Source: the human T2T-CHM13v2.0 reference genome, Homo sapiens. Taken from it: a stretch of DNA of 64,000 nt. The notes below the pieces were generated by a model. That model was not told where the DNA came from and searched no databases. It was given only the letters and a program-made list of their open reading frames with translations. Positions 41,580 to 54,844 of the stretch are shown here, in pieces. The position numbers and the translations under genes were made by a program. Position 1 is the first letter of the stretch. Each line of letters begins with the position of its first letter. Where the stretch lies: NCBI RefSeq assembly GCF_009914755.1, contig NC_060938.1; one strand, given 5' to 3'.

Positions 41580-41758
41580 CCGTCTCCTCTGCAATGCCAG
41601 CCTACGACGAAAATGCCAGACATCCTCTGGGAATTAAGAATGAAGTATACTGTCTATGCTGAGCAGACATCCCCACATCTCCTCTGCAACGCCAGACTGA
41701 CGAAAGTGCCAGACATCCTCTGGGAATTAAGAAGGAAGCATGCTATCTACGCTGAGCA
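41580..41758. repeat. 95-bp duplication in the proviral interior
   Basis: ctcctctgcaa...gccagacatcctctgggaattaagaa..aag..t.ct.tcta.gctgagca occurs at 41584 and 41679. Confidence 0.9.
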
Positions 41759-44700
41759 CTATCTAGTTTCCAAAAATCAGCTTTTGTTCACTGGCAGCAT
41801 GAAAGATTAGAGCCAGCATCCAGTCAGTGGTATGGAGTGCTAGTGTCTCTCCTGAACCCTTAGGCAGGACAGCCAGTGTCTCCAGTGGCCCGAGCAGCCA
41901 CTGACTTAGGAGACATGAAGAAACTGCATGGGCAAGGGGTACATGCTACAAGGATGAAAGTCAAGGGCGCCAAAGGAAAGGGGGCAACCAAAGGGCCAGC
42001 AGGGTGACCCACTGGGTGTGACACTAGTCACTTGGTAATATGCAAAATATTTTCGCTCCCTCAAACATAAGAACAACGGGCCTTTACCATCTTCCCCTGG
42101 AAATATCATCCCAGAGGGGGAGGGTACATGTTTTCCATTAACTTCGAGTGTTTTTCCAGCTTACAAACTGCAACAATCACCTTGCTGTCTCACTTGGAGA
42201 ACAGAGGATGGGTGGTCAACACAAAGTCCAGGGGCCAGGCTTATCAATCAAATACCTGGGTGTCATCTTGTTGGATGGTGTGCAGCAAACCTCTTTGCCA
42301 ACTGGGTGCAGATGGTGGCATCTCTCCAGAAAACATCCAGACTGTTGGGTGTGCGAAGAGCTGTCCTCTCCACCGTAGGCCTGCCACTGAGCATGTAAGG
42401 TCAACTCCCAAGCACTTGGGAAAACGTTATGACTGTTATTGTATTTGTTATTCTGTTTTGTTGTAATTTGTGTTGCTGCTATGAGATCTGGCTGCAATGT
42501 TCCCCCCCATACCTGGCCCAGGGAAATCGTGGAGGAATGACACGGTGAGAATGTGAGCGGCATTCCAGGGTCTGCTGGGGAGGAGGGTACGGTAGACAAA
42601 CCTGACAGGAATAACTTAATTTAAGCATACCCTGAGCATGCAGACTCACCTAGTCTGTATAAACTGCATGCTTTTTATAAATGGTAGCACTTCTGCTGTC
42701 CAGCCTCCTACCAGTGGACTGCCCTGTATGTAAGTCCCCTCAGTAAACTCTATGTCTCATTCACTGGCTCCAGGTCTCTTCTTCAGTCTCTTGAACTTGG
42801 TGCCATCCTTACTGAAGACAACAGGGATGCAGCATGGTAAGATGTCCTTTAGACAATAGAAGAAAAAAGAATTGAGGACTGAAAAAAATGAGAAGCCTGA
42901 CTAAATAAAAATTATATCTAGGAATCTGTTGTTTTGTTGGTAAAACAAGATTGTTCCAATATTTTTCATGTTTAAATGAATATCTAAAAATGCTATGACT
43001 AAAAGAAATACAAACTTCAAGGTATATTGTTAATATTCTTCTTCCTCTTGATAATTAGTTCCTAGAAATTTCCAACAGCTTTGTATTTGAAGAAAAGAGC
43101 TATGCATATTTATATTAACAGAAAGAGAAACCAGTAAAATAGAATTAATTGAAAATGGTAGCATTTCTTCTAATATATATTTTTAAATGTTTGAAGTGAT
43201 ATTAAGAGAAAGTTTAATGTAGCAATGGCCATTTAACCTACCACTCATGGTGACTTCCTTATGGCAATCTGAACTTGCTAGACAAGGGCAACAAGTTCTG
43301 CGTTCAGTATCCAGTTTGGGATTCTTCTGTCATACCTCTCCTTCACCTGTGCTTTTCCAGATATTGTTTCTAGAGAAGTTTGGCATGGAAGGAACTTTGT
43401 CTTATGTAAATGAGAGGAAATGGCTCTCACATCAATGTCATTTTGCATATGACATGTGGGCATATTTTACCTTCAACAGAACAAATGCTTTCTTTTTTTT
43501 ACTTCTTTATCTACAATTATGAACTATAGGCAGAGTTTCAGACACTTGCAAATATAGCAACAAAACTGAAAATGCATTTAGTATACCTTTTAGCACTTAA
43601 GTTAGAGGTTACAAGAGAGCAGGCCTCAGAGTCCGAGAGATTTCAGTTCCACCTGAAATGCTGAAAATCGTTCTGGAGAGTGAACAGTTGAGTGTGTTGC
43701 ATCCCTGTCCTGGTTTCAGTTCTCTTGGAAGTTATGTGAGGATCTGGTCTCACGCCTTACCCCGAGAGAGCCCTGAAGGGCCCAGGATGTCCACAAAGAA
43801 GCTGAGGGGGCTGGACATGCACCTGGCAGAGGCCTCCACAGTCCCTGTGAAGCCTGCTGTGGACTCACTTCAATCAAGCATCCTCACCACCTTCTCCAAT
43901 TTTCATCACCTCCCTTGAAAGAAACACAGTTTATTACTCTCATAGCAGCCTTCATGGTGCATGAGCTGGAAACAGACTGTGCAAGACTCTCCAGGGTGTA
44001 AACAGTCTATTCTTGTGCTTCTCTGAGTATTTGGAGGAAAAGAACCAGATTTGGAGGAGGTTGGTTGGTTTCTTGTTTGGTTTTGTTTTTCCTAATCTAT
44101 TGTAGACCAACACTATTAAAAACTACAAAATAAATGAATTGCTAAAACAGACCACATTTTTACTTCACATGGCAACATCAAATTTCTTTACAAGTTTCTA
44201 AATGCTCAGTTTCTGGACTTATCATTCCTAATGTTAGGTCCCCAGGTCCACAAAGGACTCCTGGTCACTGTCTCCAGATCATTCTTCGAATAGCACTGGT
44301 CTAGTCCAAAGCTGCCTGGTTAGAGGGTCCCCGCCTTACTAGAGGAAGAAGGGGCAGGCCACAGCAGCAGGGCACAGCCAGGGCCTGCCCACTGCCAGGT
44401 GTGCTTCGTCTGAGAGACGTGGCATGCGTCCACACTGCACACCACAGAGGTGGCTTCAGTGCCATAAATGTAGAGAGAGTCAAGTCTCCATGGCACAATC
44501 CATCATAGCAAATTTTTCCATCAGAGCCTGTCTTCTAACCAAGGCTACAAAGTCAATATTCCTACAGGGGTAACAGTTTCTTGCATTTTTCCCTATCATA
44601 ACATTTTCATATCATAACACAGTCATAAAAATAATTAATTCCACAAGGCATTCATCTCATTTATATCTTGATTGACATTTGAAACCCCTAACCAAGATCC

Positions 44701-45158
44701 ATAAAGAATTTTGTCCTCACCTTTCTCAAATTTTAACATTTAGTTCTCATCCAGAAAATAACATAAGGGTTCTACTATATTTGTAGGTTTAATCAGCCAA
44801 TTGCTTTGCACACCTGAAGTTAAAAAGAATTGATCAATTCCTAATTTCTACTGGAGCAAAAACTATGATGAAAAATCAATAGTTTAAAATGTTTAAATCA
44901 CTGTTAAAAATACTACCTTATAGAGCAAACAGAATGTAGGGATTCTACACCTGACACACACCAACTAGAAAAAAATGTATAAATCCACATTCAGACATAT
45001 GTGAAATCACTGCCTTTGCATAGACCATTCTTTGACGGGCATTTATGAAGCCCAAGCCCACAGCAAATGTCAGGCCTTCTCTTTGCCTTCAAATGTTAGC
45101 AGGACCTCAAAACAAATACACAGCTTCCATACTGAGCCAACTCACCCTTCTTCTAGGC

Positions 45159-45368
45159 CAGTGGTTCTCCAACGGGCACAATTTTGCCCACAGGGGACAT
45201 TTGACAAAGCTTGAAGATATTTTAGTTGTCACAACTGGGAGAATACTACTGGCCCATGGTGGGTAAAGGCCAGGGATGCTGCCAAACATCTTACCATGGA
45301 CAGTGAGGCCTCATAACAGAGGATGTGCCAGCCCAGAAGGCCTGTAGAAGTGAGGCTGAGAAATCCTG
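45159..45368 (+). mobile_element. MER20 hAT-Charlie element, full length
   Basis: cagtggttctc...gagaaatcctg termini with a perfect 8-bp TSD ttctaggc (45151-45158 and 45369-45376). Confidence 0.92.
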
Positions 45369-45432
45369 TTCTAGGCTGTGCACAGCCACGTTCTCAATAA
45401 AAACTAGATATTCTCACTATTTCAAGTGGAAA

Positions 45433-45626
45433 CCAGTGGTGTGCTGGAGCCAGCTCGTGCCGGCTCATAAGAGCCTGGGGTGCAAAGCTTCCCATCGCCA
45501 TTTTTAGGGACATTGTGTTGGGAACAAAAAGTGGGTCAATATTTAGACCACGGAAATTGACAAATGCTACAAAGCACAGCCTTTTTCAGGGAGTGACGTG
45601 TTACAGGTTTTTCAGTGTATCACTGG
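45433..45626 (+). mobile_element. MER63-like hAT-Blackjack element
   Basis: TIRs ccagtggtgtgctg ... cagtgtatcactgg. Confidence 0.7.
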
Positions 45627-46629
45627 GTGCAGCCCTCCCCAGTGGGAGTAATATGGCCTGGTGGACTCTAATTTCTGCTCCACCTGTTGTCTCTCACTTC
45701 TTGGATCATTAGCAAAGTGCCACTGATCACACAGGATGATAAGAGTGTGCTCTCACTCAGACAGTTGTTCAGTTTCTCCAAAGTGAAAGTTCACCTCTGC
45801 ACAGAAGAGAATGGATTGTCCAAAGCCCCCACATCACATTACACACACACACACGTGAGTACACACATGCACACTTTCTCACTGAGGCTGCAGGACTCAG
45901 GAGAATTTACATGGAAAATATCCGCAACTTTCCCCAGGTAAGAGAGTTGGCTAATCCCCTGGATTAGCCAGTCCAGGCCATGCCCACTTCTAGATTTCCT
46001 TACATGCAGCAAACCCATTTCCCTTAGTGTTTAATCTTATTCTCATTGGGCTTTCTATTACATGAAGCCAAAATCTCCCTGCTACAACTTCTAGAATAAA
46101 ACTGCAATGTTCTTGTGAAACATTTTTTAAAAGGCATGCTCATTTCATTTCTCAGATTTTTAATCAGAATTCTAAAGTATAATTTTTTCTGAATAGAAGC
46201 AAAAAAAAAAAAAAAAAAGCAAAACCTATGACCCAAGATCATTCCGTTCCCATTATGCCAATCCTCAACATGGATTGGAGCCTCCAGGAACCAACGTTCT
46301 GTGTGGTGTCTGCGGAGGGAGGATGAGCTGGTTAGCAAAGCCTGCTCTATTTTCCTATTACATCAGATGCTCTTTTATTTGATTACACTCAAGAGACGGT
46401 AGAATGTAACAAACACATCAGTTCAATATGTATGAATGGTCAAGATGAAACAAGTTCCTGCAGCTTCTTTCTCGCTGATTGCAACTGAAAGCTCTGGGCA
46501 AAATCAGAAAGCAACTGCTCAAGAGCTCCAGACATCCACAAAAGCAGACAGACTGGGAAGAGAATAAAAACTCGGGGAGGCAACCCTTAGATGGGTATAT
46601 TAACGTGCTAGAGTCATTGCAGATGGCCA

Positions 46630-46948
46630 CAGACTGGCTGGCAATGGAAATTTACTCTCTCACGGTGTTGAAAACTGGAGTCCAAGATTCAGGTGTGCAG
46701 GTGCTTCTTCCAAGGCTTCTGGCCCTGGCTTGCAGGTGGCGTCTTTGCTCTGTGCCTCCTGCAGTATGTGTGTCCTGTTCCAGTCTCCTCTTCCTATCAG
46801 GGCACAGGCCAGATTGCGGCCCCTGATGGCCTCATGTTACCTCAATCACGTCTTTAAAGCTGCTGTTTCCAAATACAGTCACACTCTCAGATACTGGGGC
46901 TGGGGCTTCATTTTGTGAGTCTCAAGGGGGACACGATTCAGTCCATAT
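46630..46948 (-). mobile_element. MLT1B/C-like MaLR LTR
   Basis: aaatttactctctcacggtg...gtccaagattcaggtg...ccaaatacagtcacactctcagatactgggg...ggggacacgattcagtccata. Confidence 0.75.
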
Positions 46949-47124
46949 AAAGGAAGTGCTTCCTTTGAGGGGTTAGTTTTTTTGTTTTTTGGCTCTCCCC
47001 AGTGGAGCGCCAGCTGTGGTGGCACAAGCAGCTAAATCCCAGGAGAAATCCAGTGTCTGTGGCCAGAAGAAAAAAGGATCCTGTCTTCAAAGCATGGGGG
47101 GAAGAAATTCTGTGTGTTCTCTCA

Positions 47125-47350
47125 ATCCCCGTCTCTCCCGCCCCTCTTCCTCCCTCCTCTGCTCCGCTTTTCCTGTCTCCTTCCTCTTGCCCTTCTTTCC
47201 CCACCTCTTCTGTCCCTCTCTTTTTCCCTCCCCACTTCTTTTCCCTCCTCCCTTTCTCTTCTCTCCCCTTTCTCTCCCTACTCTCCCTCTCCAACTTCCT
47301 TTCCCTCTATCTTCCTCCTTCTCCCTCTCCCTCCTTCTCTCTCTCTTCTT
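47125..47350. repeat. CT-rich low-complexity (polypyrimidine) tract
   Basis: About 225 bp almost devoid of purines on the + strand. Confidence 0.9.
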
Positions 47351-47719
47351 GTCATGTTTCCCTTTAGGTGGCACCAGTTATAGAGCCACATCTGTGTGGT
47401 GCCTCAGGGCAAGGACTTTAAAAGAAACCCCTTCCTTCTGGCCAAAGGATCAGGAGAAGGAGCCCCTGTAAGCTAGGGAGGTGGGGGGAGCCCTTAGAGG
47501 AGAGAGCTGCAGAATGGGCTTGTCTGGCTCTGTGTGTAGCACCCCCACAGTCCTGGTCCCCACCCCCCCCCAGCTGTTTGTGCACAGGACAAAATCAGAG
47601 CCACCAGGGCAGCTTAGCAAAGGCCTTGGGATCCGCCCACGCACAGGGAGACAGAACTTGCCCTCTGAGCCAAGCCACATGGATTTGCCTGCGGGGAAAA
47701 AATAAACAACATTCCCCGA

Positions 47720-48283
47720 GGGGTTTTTAACAAGGCTGCATTCCTTCTAGTTTCTTATATTCTGTGTTCTTGATGCCTTGGCATCTGGGGCCTTGCTGAC
47801 CTGGGACAGACTACCCCTCCCAGGGTTAACTGATTCCTAGAGATAGCAAACAACTCACCTGTCAGCCCAGCCTTCAGGGGAAACCAACCAAGCTGGAGTC
47901 AGCCCACCCCCACCTCCCCTGTCTGGCCCTTGAGCACCAAACACATATGCCCCTTCCCTGATCGTCTCAGGACCAGGTGCCCAACAACTCAGGTGGCCCC
48001 CAACCCAGAGCCTGCTGAAAGCATTCAAACTGGCCAGTCCTAAGCCAGCATACGCTGCCTCGCCCATTCCTTCCTGCAGATCCCATGATGAAGGTGCCTG
48101 CCACCTTCTCCTCCCCTTCCTTCTGTCCATGACCAACCCTTGTGCTTTCATGGTGTCCCTGCATGTCGAGGCACACCCCACCTCTTGAGAGCTGTGAACA
48201 GCAAATTATATTTTGGATGGCAATTGTGACTTCCTTTGGTGGCCTCACCATACCTGGATAATAATAAAACTTATACTTTAAAA
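47720..48283 (+). mobile_element. ERVL LTR, MER77-like
   Basis: catctggggccttgctgacctgggacagactacccctcccaggg...ttcctagagatagcaaac and the 3' end ggcctcaccatacctggataataataaaac. Confidence 0.7.
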
Positions 48284-48554
48284 TGAAGACCCAGAGCTTA
48301 CACAAAATCATGTCGAAAATGACCATGATGCAATTCAAAATTAATTGACATATAAATCACCAGGAAAATGTGACCAGTTCTCAAGAGAGAAGATCCCAAG
48401 CCTGAGAAGACCCAATGTCAAAGTTATCCCCAAAAGACTCTGAAGCAACGCTCGCATAATTGTGCTCAGTGAGATGAAGGTAAGTGCCCTTCACATGAGT
48501 GGAAAGATTGACTATATCATCAGAGAAATAGAAACTGTAAAAAATAACCAAACA

Positions 48555-48742
48555 GAGCTCTGAGCCACCAGAATCTGGAAGAGGCAAGGAAGGGCTCTCC
48601 TCTGGAGCCTCGAGAGCGAGCACGGCCCTGCTGGGCCTGACTCCACACTTCCAGCCCCCGGCACCTGGAGAGGGGAAACTGCTGTTTTTTTTAAGATGTT
48701 AAATTTGTAGTATTTGTTGTGCCACCACGGGAAACCAGTGCA
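48555..48742 (+). mobile_element. MLT1C/D-like 3' fragment
   Basis: gccaccagaatctggaagaggcaaggaagg...ggagcct...cacggccctgctg...aaatttgtagtatttgttg...ggaaacc. Confidence 0.7.
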
Positions 48743-51191
48743 GCAGGGAAAACCCTGTAAATAACCGACATATGGAGGCCACGATGCCAGGGCCATGCGC
48801 CCAGCAGCAACTCAGCAGTGTTGTTTCTCTTCCTGGAGCAGGAACGATGAGGACGGCATAATGTGGCCAGGGTCCAGGACAGCCGCTGACGCCAGATCCC
48901 CCATAAGTAACATCTACCCTCAGGGACGTGTCTGCACCAGTGAGACTGCTGCTCTGGATTCGGGAGTAAGCGCATACTTCATTCTCTTTCTTTTTTCCAT
49001 TTTGTTCATCTCTTCTGTGAAGTGCCTGTTGAAATATTATTCCATTTGTTGAACCATAGAAAGAATTGAATAGGCTGTCTGGGAGATTCTGAAGTTCTCT
49101 AGGAGTCATTTTTTAGCCGTGTAAATTCCCTTTCGCTCTAGATATTTATCGTAAGACCGCAGTGAAGAAGCACAGAAAACCTGAAGTGCAAGTGCTCAGC
49201 ACAACGTTATTTATGGTAGCAGAAATATTAAAAATAAATTAAATAACCAACTTTGAGGATTGGTTAAATACATTTCAGTAGACCCATACCAAAAGATGCT
49301 CTGCAGCCATTAATCAATGCTGCTGCTAATAATGTGCTTGTTAGTTACATTATTCACTAGAAAATTTATTTTAAAATATTATGAACAGTTTTTTTTTCAC
49401 AATATTGTACAAAATAGAAATGTCTCTGATTATGCAACAAAATATCAACAGTAATTTCCTCTGGGTATAAAGTTACAAGTTAACTTTTTATTTCTCTATG
49501 CTTATTGTCTAATATTTTAAAAAATTAACGTATATTATTTATGAAATTTAAGAGGTATTTAGAACCAAATTTTTAGAAAATTATAGACACATGAATTGTG
49601 CATTTTACTGAAAGCTATTCATGGGTTCCACTAAATGTCCTGAGGTGATTTTTATGTACTTTTCGGGATCTGGGTGACTGGAAATGTCTTTCTGGTTTTA
49701 GTGTCTCCTTGTTAAAATAGTGGGGACTTTACACACTGGTAGCTCGTTACGTGCTCTATCTGAGAAGCTGCTAATTCCCTGAGTGCCCTGAAATACAATA
49801 ATCAGAATACAGTTACTAGGCAAAAGCACCTTCAGCATTTTTTCAGGAAAACCTTTACAACTTTCACTAAAAGTTACATTGTATGACTCAAATCAGGTGT
49901 ATGGTTTATAATGAGACCCACTTCAGATCACACAATTAAATGAAATCAGCCACTTACCTTTTCAACGTCCAGGCCTATCACAGGACTACATAGTTATTGC
50001 CATAGTTCTATCAATCTAAAGGGTTAATATAATCATGGCTCAATTACCAAGTTCATGAAAATTTAGCAAATATAAACATACATTCCCTTAACAACACTCA
50101 GTACCTTAACTGCGGCGACAGTCAACAAAATGCTCTTGTGTGGTTTTGCGTTGCTTTTTGCACTATTACAAATGACAAAACTACTTTGGAGAAGTTTTTT
50201 AAAGTTTACAAATAACTGGCAATTTGGGAAACTTTTCAATGCATAACTTCATAAAAAACAAAGATTCGTAATAAATTAATATGTTGAATTAGGTCTAAAG
50301 TAGATGGGATTACATTAAAATCTCACTTCACTTATTAAAAATTCAATAAAACAGTGCCAATTAAATGAGGCAATTGGTAAGAACAAGGAGATTACTTGAT
50401 GTTCCATACATTCTCCCTCATTATGAAGTTTCATTTTTAACAGCTTGTTGACAGTGAGTCTCTCCTGACAGCAGCAGGGCTAGAAACTTAAGTCAGCTTT
50501 GCAATCAACTTGCAGAAAAACCCTCAGATTGCCAGTTAGCACATCTGCCTCTCCAGGTAATTGAATTCTTATTGAAAATACATCATTGGCGATGTATTAG
50601 AAATAGCGGGAGAAAGAATGAAGTTAGTAGGTGGAAACACTAAAAATAGAGACAAAAGAACGGCATGAGGCATAAGAAAATAATTTAGAAAGTTGTCACT
50701 TGCTGTAAGTTCTATTGCATCTCAACTGGGAGATTAGCTCCCAAAAGACTAATCTATTCCCATTTTACTTTTGTGCCACAGGCTGCAGTTTCAAGACGTG
50801 TGGTTAGCTTCCTGGGCCTGCTGACTTCAGTGTCACGTCCCAGAGCTTCGTCTACTGAAACACCCGGCTAATGGACCCAGCCACGCTTCCTAACAGTCCA
50901 CCCACCAAGCCTCAGCTGGCTTGGCTCTTTACAGAAATTCATAATCATTCCACGTGATAGCCCACCAGCATCTGAAGTGCCAGCAAAAGCCATATTATTT
51001 TGCTAATATCTAACAATTCAGAGGCAGATGTCACAGCAGATAGTCCATAGTTTTTGAGTCTTCATTGCGGTTTCTTGATATTGTGGACAAAGACTCAGGG
51101 AAGGCCTGAGCCTCACTGACCAGGCTCTGGATTTTGAGTGTGCTTTCCCCAACCTTCAGAGCTTCAGGCCCTTTTTGTGCTTTATGTAAGC

Positions 51192-51291
51192 CCAGATGTT
51201 GTTAAAATATCCTACAAGACACAGGAAAGCCCCCTGTGACCAGGAATTATGCAACCAAAAATGTCAATAGTGCTGAGCTTGAGACATCCTG
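51192..51291 (+). mobile_element. MER20 3' fragment
   Basis: atcctacaagacacagg..agcccc...aattat...aaaatgtcaatagtgctgagcttgagacatcctg. Confidence 0.7.
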
Positions 51292-52044
51292 GGATGGAGA
51301 GAGAGAAGGAAAATGTCAACCCAGGACTGAGAAACACAGATAAATGTATGATGCGGAGCAGTCTTCAGGGATGATTCATCATTGTCTGTTGAGATTTGTA
51401 GAGCAGGAAGACATGAGCAGATAGAGAAGTACTTCTGGTAGTAATGGCACTTTCACAAAGTTGAGAGCTGAGAGAGTGGAATTATGAAAATCCCACCTCC
51501 TTCTTGACACCCGCACTCACAAGCCTGCTGTGTGCAATCGTAACCCAGAAACTTTGGGCTAAAGCCAAAATTCAAACCCAAGCTATTCTACAAGAAAGGG
51601 CAAGAAGACCCTGCCCTGATTAACAATGACAACAATTTCCTTTTAAAAAGTCAGAAGCCTTTCGAGTTACAGAAGTAACTCCCTGCCACCCCTGCCTGCC
51701 ACATAGAAGAAGGGAGAAGACTGTCTTATTTTTCCCTTCTAATTCATTGACCCACTTCCCTTTTTTAACTTAAAAAGACCATGCGTAATTTGAAAAGTCA
51801 TGGGTCTCAGCATTTCCCAAACTTCAGAAATTAGGGGAAATTGAAGATGATATTTAGTTGAGTGATTTCCTCTGTTTCCCCATAAACCTTGTCGCTTATG
51901 ACTTCAGGAGACACACAGCATCACTTGGTGGCGTAGGCTTTCTCACCCTATGGCACTGAGCTGTCCTTGATAGCATCCCCCCATGCTCTGGCTCTCCTAC
52001 TCCAGAGCCCCTCATAAAATAAACAAAAACCAAAACCCTGTTCT

Positions 52045-52169
52045 ATACCTATTCTATAGGACCCACCGGCATACACCCAGGCACTAGGTGTGATGAGATG
52101 GGCTGATACCTATTCTACAGGACCCGCTGGCATACACCCAGGCACTAGGTGTGATGAGATGGGCTGATA
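52045..52169. repeat. 61-bp tandem duplication
   Basis: atacctattcta.aggaccc.c.ggcatacacccaggcactaggtgtgatgagatgggctg occurs at 52045 and 52106. Confidence 0.95.
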
Positions 52170-52484
52170 GAGGCTTAATATGTTCCTCCATGTACTAGCA
52201 GGTGACTCTGAGACCCAAAAGAACTTGTCATAGTATACCATAATTGGCATAATATCAGACTAGAGAGAAAACTCTAGATATTCAGGGGGCCAAATCAGCT
52301 TTCTGTCAATGTCTAAATTATGCCAAAATAGCCATCCTGCCTCTGGGGAAGACCAGTCCCAGACCTAGCTGACAATAGATTTCATTTTCCCTCTCCACTG
52401 GAATGTAGAGACATCTCAGAGAGAGAGAGAGGATGGTATGGACCACAGCACACTGTTAACAACATTTATGTTGATGGCTTTTTG

Positions 52485-52628
52485 GTTGTTTAAGAGATAA
52501 GAAGGTCTCTCTCTGTCATCTGCACTGGAGTGCAGTGGTGAAATCATGGCTCACAGCAGCCTTGAACTCCTGGGCTCAAGAGAACTCCCAAAGTGTTGGG
52601 AATACAGGTGTGAGCCACTGCATCCTGC
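52485..52628 (-). mobile_element. Alu monomer (FLAM/FAM or deleted AluJ)
   Basis: ctggagtgcagtggtgaaatcatggctcacagcagccttgaactcctgggctcaag..ctcccaaagtgttggga.tacaggtgtgagcc. Confidence 0.8.
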
Positions 52629-54844
52629 TGGCTTTTTAAATATAGTAGAATTGAACTCATCTTTTTATCTGACATTCTGTAGAGATCATTACAGGCCCAC
52701 AAGGTTTTGCTTTTCTTTATGGGTTCTTAAAAACTACACAACATGATAGTGCAAATATACACAATGAGGAAGGGCTCTGGAATCAAATCCATTTTTCTGT
52801 GAACCTGTACAGGCAGCTTACTTATGTCCCTGAGGTGGAGAACAGGGCAGCCCTCCACTCCACAATTTCTTCCTCTCTCCCTTTTCTTCTCTCTTTCCTG
52901 TTTCTCTATCTCCTTCTTTCTTCTTCTTCTCCCATGCCATTTTTTTCTTCTCTGTCTTACCTTACTTGGGCCCACCAGGAACTCCCAGGGGTACCCAGAA
53001 ACACAGCTTGGCTGGAGGTGGCACTTGCAGCTGCAGGGCCGCTGGTGCCCTGATAGGAAGAAAGGAAAGCAGGCTCTTGTGCCACAAGATTCATCATCAT
53101 TCAAACATTCGTCAAACTTTGATTGAAAATTTCATTTCTGTCAGACAACGGCTGGGATGCAAAGATGAATTAGATAGGACCCAGGACACAAGGGCCCAGG
53201 ACTTTTCATTATTGATGAAAAAAGGAACATGACAAAAACGGGTAAAAATGAAATACGGACAAAGTCTGGAAATAAGCGTTTTAGTGGCATTTGAGCTCCA
53301 TTGTGGAGGATGGCAGATGTCATCCGGGCTACAAACCTGTGCTGACAAAGACACAGGTTTGTTATGAATGAAACCTGGTCCCAGGGTGGAAGGACACCAG
53401 AGTCACTGAAGCGGTGGCAGCAGGTCCACTGCCAGGAAGAAGCAACCTTTTCTGGGCCGTGAGCACTTTTGTTAGTCTGAGGAAGTCAATAGAATCTTTC
53501 TTAGAGCAATTTTTATCAGTGTGTAAAATAAATAAAATAAAATACATAGGATTACAATTAAAACCTATTACCTGAAAGTACAGTTCTATCCCTGGGCTTA
53601 GCTGTGGTCCATGGCCCCAGGTGAGCTACTCCTAACGAGGGCCTAAGGGCAAATTACAAGTGTCAACTTCCAGGCTGAGGAAGAAAATGGTGGAGACAAC
53701 ACAGGAATGAGGGGCAGCTTAGAATCAGGAGCCCACTGTGGTTACTCACCCAACCCATAGGAAGAGGAGCCTTCCCCTAGGAAGACTGCAGCTGGTGGCT
53801 AAGAGTGGGGTTAGTGGGTGGCTAAGAGTGGGGTTAGCGGGTGGCTAACACTGGTGTTAGAGTTGAGCAAAATAAAGGCTCAGAGAACTAAAAACAGCTA
53901 CAGGCACAAGCTGTGGTCTTTGCTAGACTGAGACTTCCCGCCTCCTCCCTCCCTGGAAGACATTGATTTTTCCCTTGACAGGAAGTCATTTATATATCAG
54001 AGAATGGCTCCCCTTAGCAATCAGGGCTAACCACACGCGTGACTTAATTCCGTTATCCTCTTCCTTCATTCCAGAAACTCCATATTTCTGAAAGAATATT
54101 TGCATAACCAGCTCACAGAGCAGTTTTTCCTGTTTGTCATCTGCTTCTGGGTAACCTAGACTCCTTTAAGCTCTGGATTTGAATGAAATTTGAATGCTAT
54201 AGGCCCCTCCAAGTACACCATTTTGGGATTCAAAGACTGTTTATTTCTGGGGTTTCTAAGAAGCAAGTCAGCTTGCTCTGGGGAGCCACAGCTGATTCTG
54301 TCTTTGGGAAGTGTGAAGTTACCAAGACTAAAAGCTGGATTCTGGGGAACACAGGTGGGGTGACCAGGGACTGGGTTGAGAACAAAGAGCCAGCATCCAA
54401 CAGGGACTCCAGAAGGCTGAGAATCTGTCCCCAACCAGATGCTGCAGCTCAGGAAGAGCTGTAAGCTGCCCTGCTTCTCCCATGCCCACTTAGAAGGAAG
54501 CTTCATCAAGAAAGCTTGGTTTCTGTAAGCGCCAGGATGAGGCTACACAAGAAGAACACTGCTTTGTTCAAAGGATCTTCAACTTCTAACCCTTGCTCAC
54601 CACAGTATATGAACTAGGACCATTAAAACTACTCAACTTTTTCTTATTTGTAGTAACAACTTATTAATCACAAATTACATGTTCATTGATGGAGACTATA
54701 TATCTCTATACATTTTATTTTACTTTATTTTATATTTTATTTTTGCTAGGAGGGATATTTTAAAGGGCATGCACTAAAACATAAACACTATTTCAAAAAC
54801 CCCAACAACTTCCCTCCTAAAATATTTCTATGGGAAGTAAATCC

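Larger units (their letters stand above)
39852..42839 (+). mobile_element. Internally deleted two-LTR ERVL provirus (LTR47-like LTRs)
   Basis: Homologous LTRs of about 245 bp at 39852-40096 and 42588-42839 (shared aaactgcatgcttt and ttcactggctccaggtct.ttcttcag.ctcttgaac.tggtgccatcctta). PBS-like tggtgaggaagccag at 40097, polypurine ggggaggaggg at 42577-42587, and TSD atatg/agatg. Gag-like ELVELGNSFRRK..WLL and RT-like HLENRGWVVN..KVQGPGLSIKYLGV remnants. Confidence 0.85.

Noticed and set aside
46938-47471. Several 89-160 aa ORFs on both strands
   Set aside because: Products of a CT-rich low-complexity tract.
53795-53850. gggttag-containing 23-bp repeat as an interstitial telomere
   Set aside because: Only isolated GGGTTAG words within a 23-bp duplication, with no tandem TTAGGG run.
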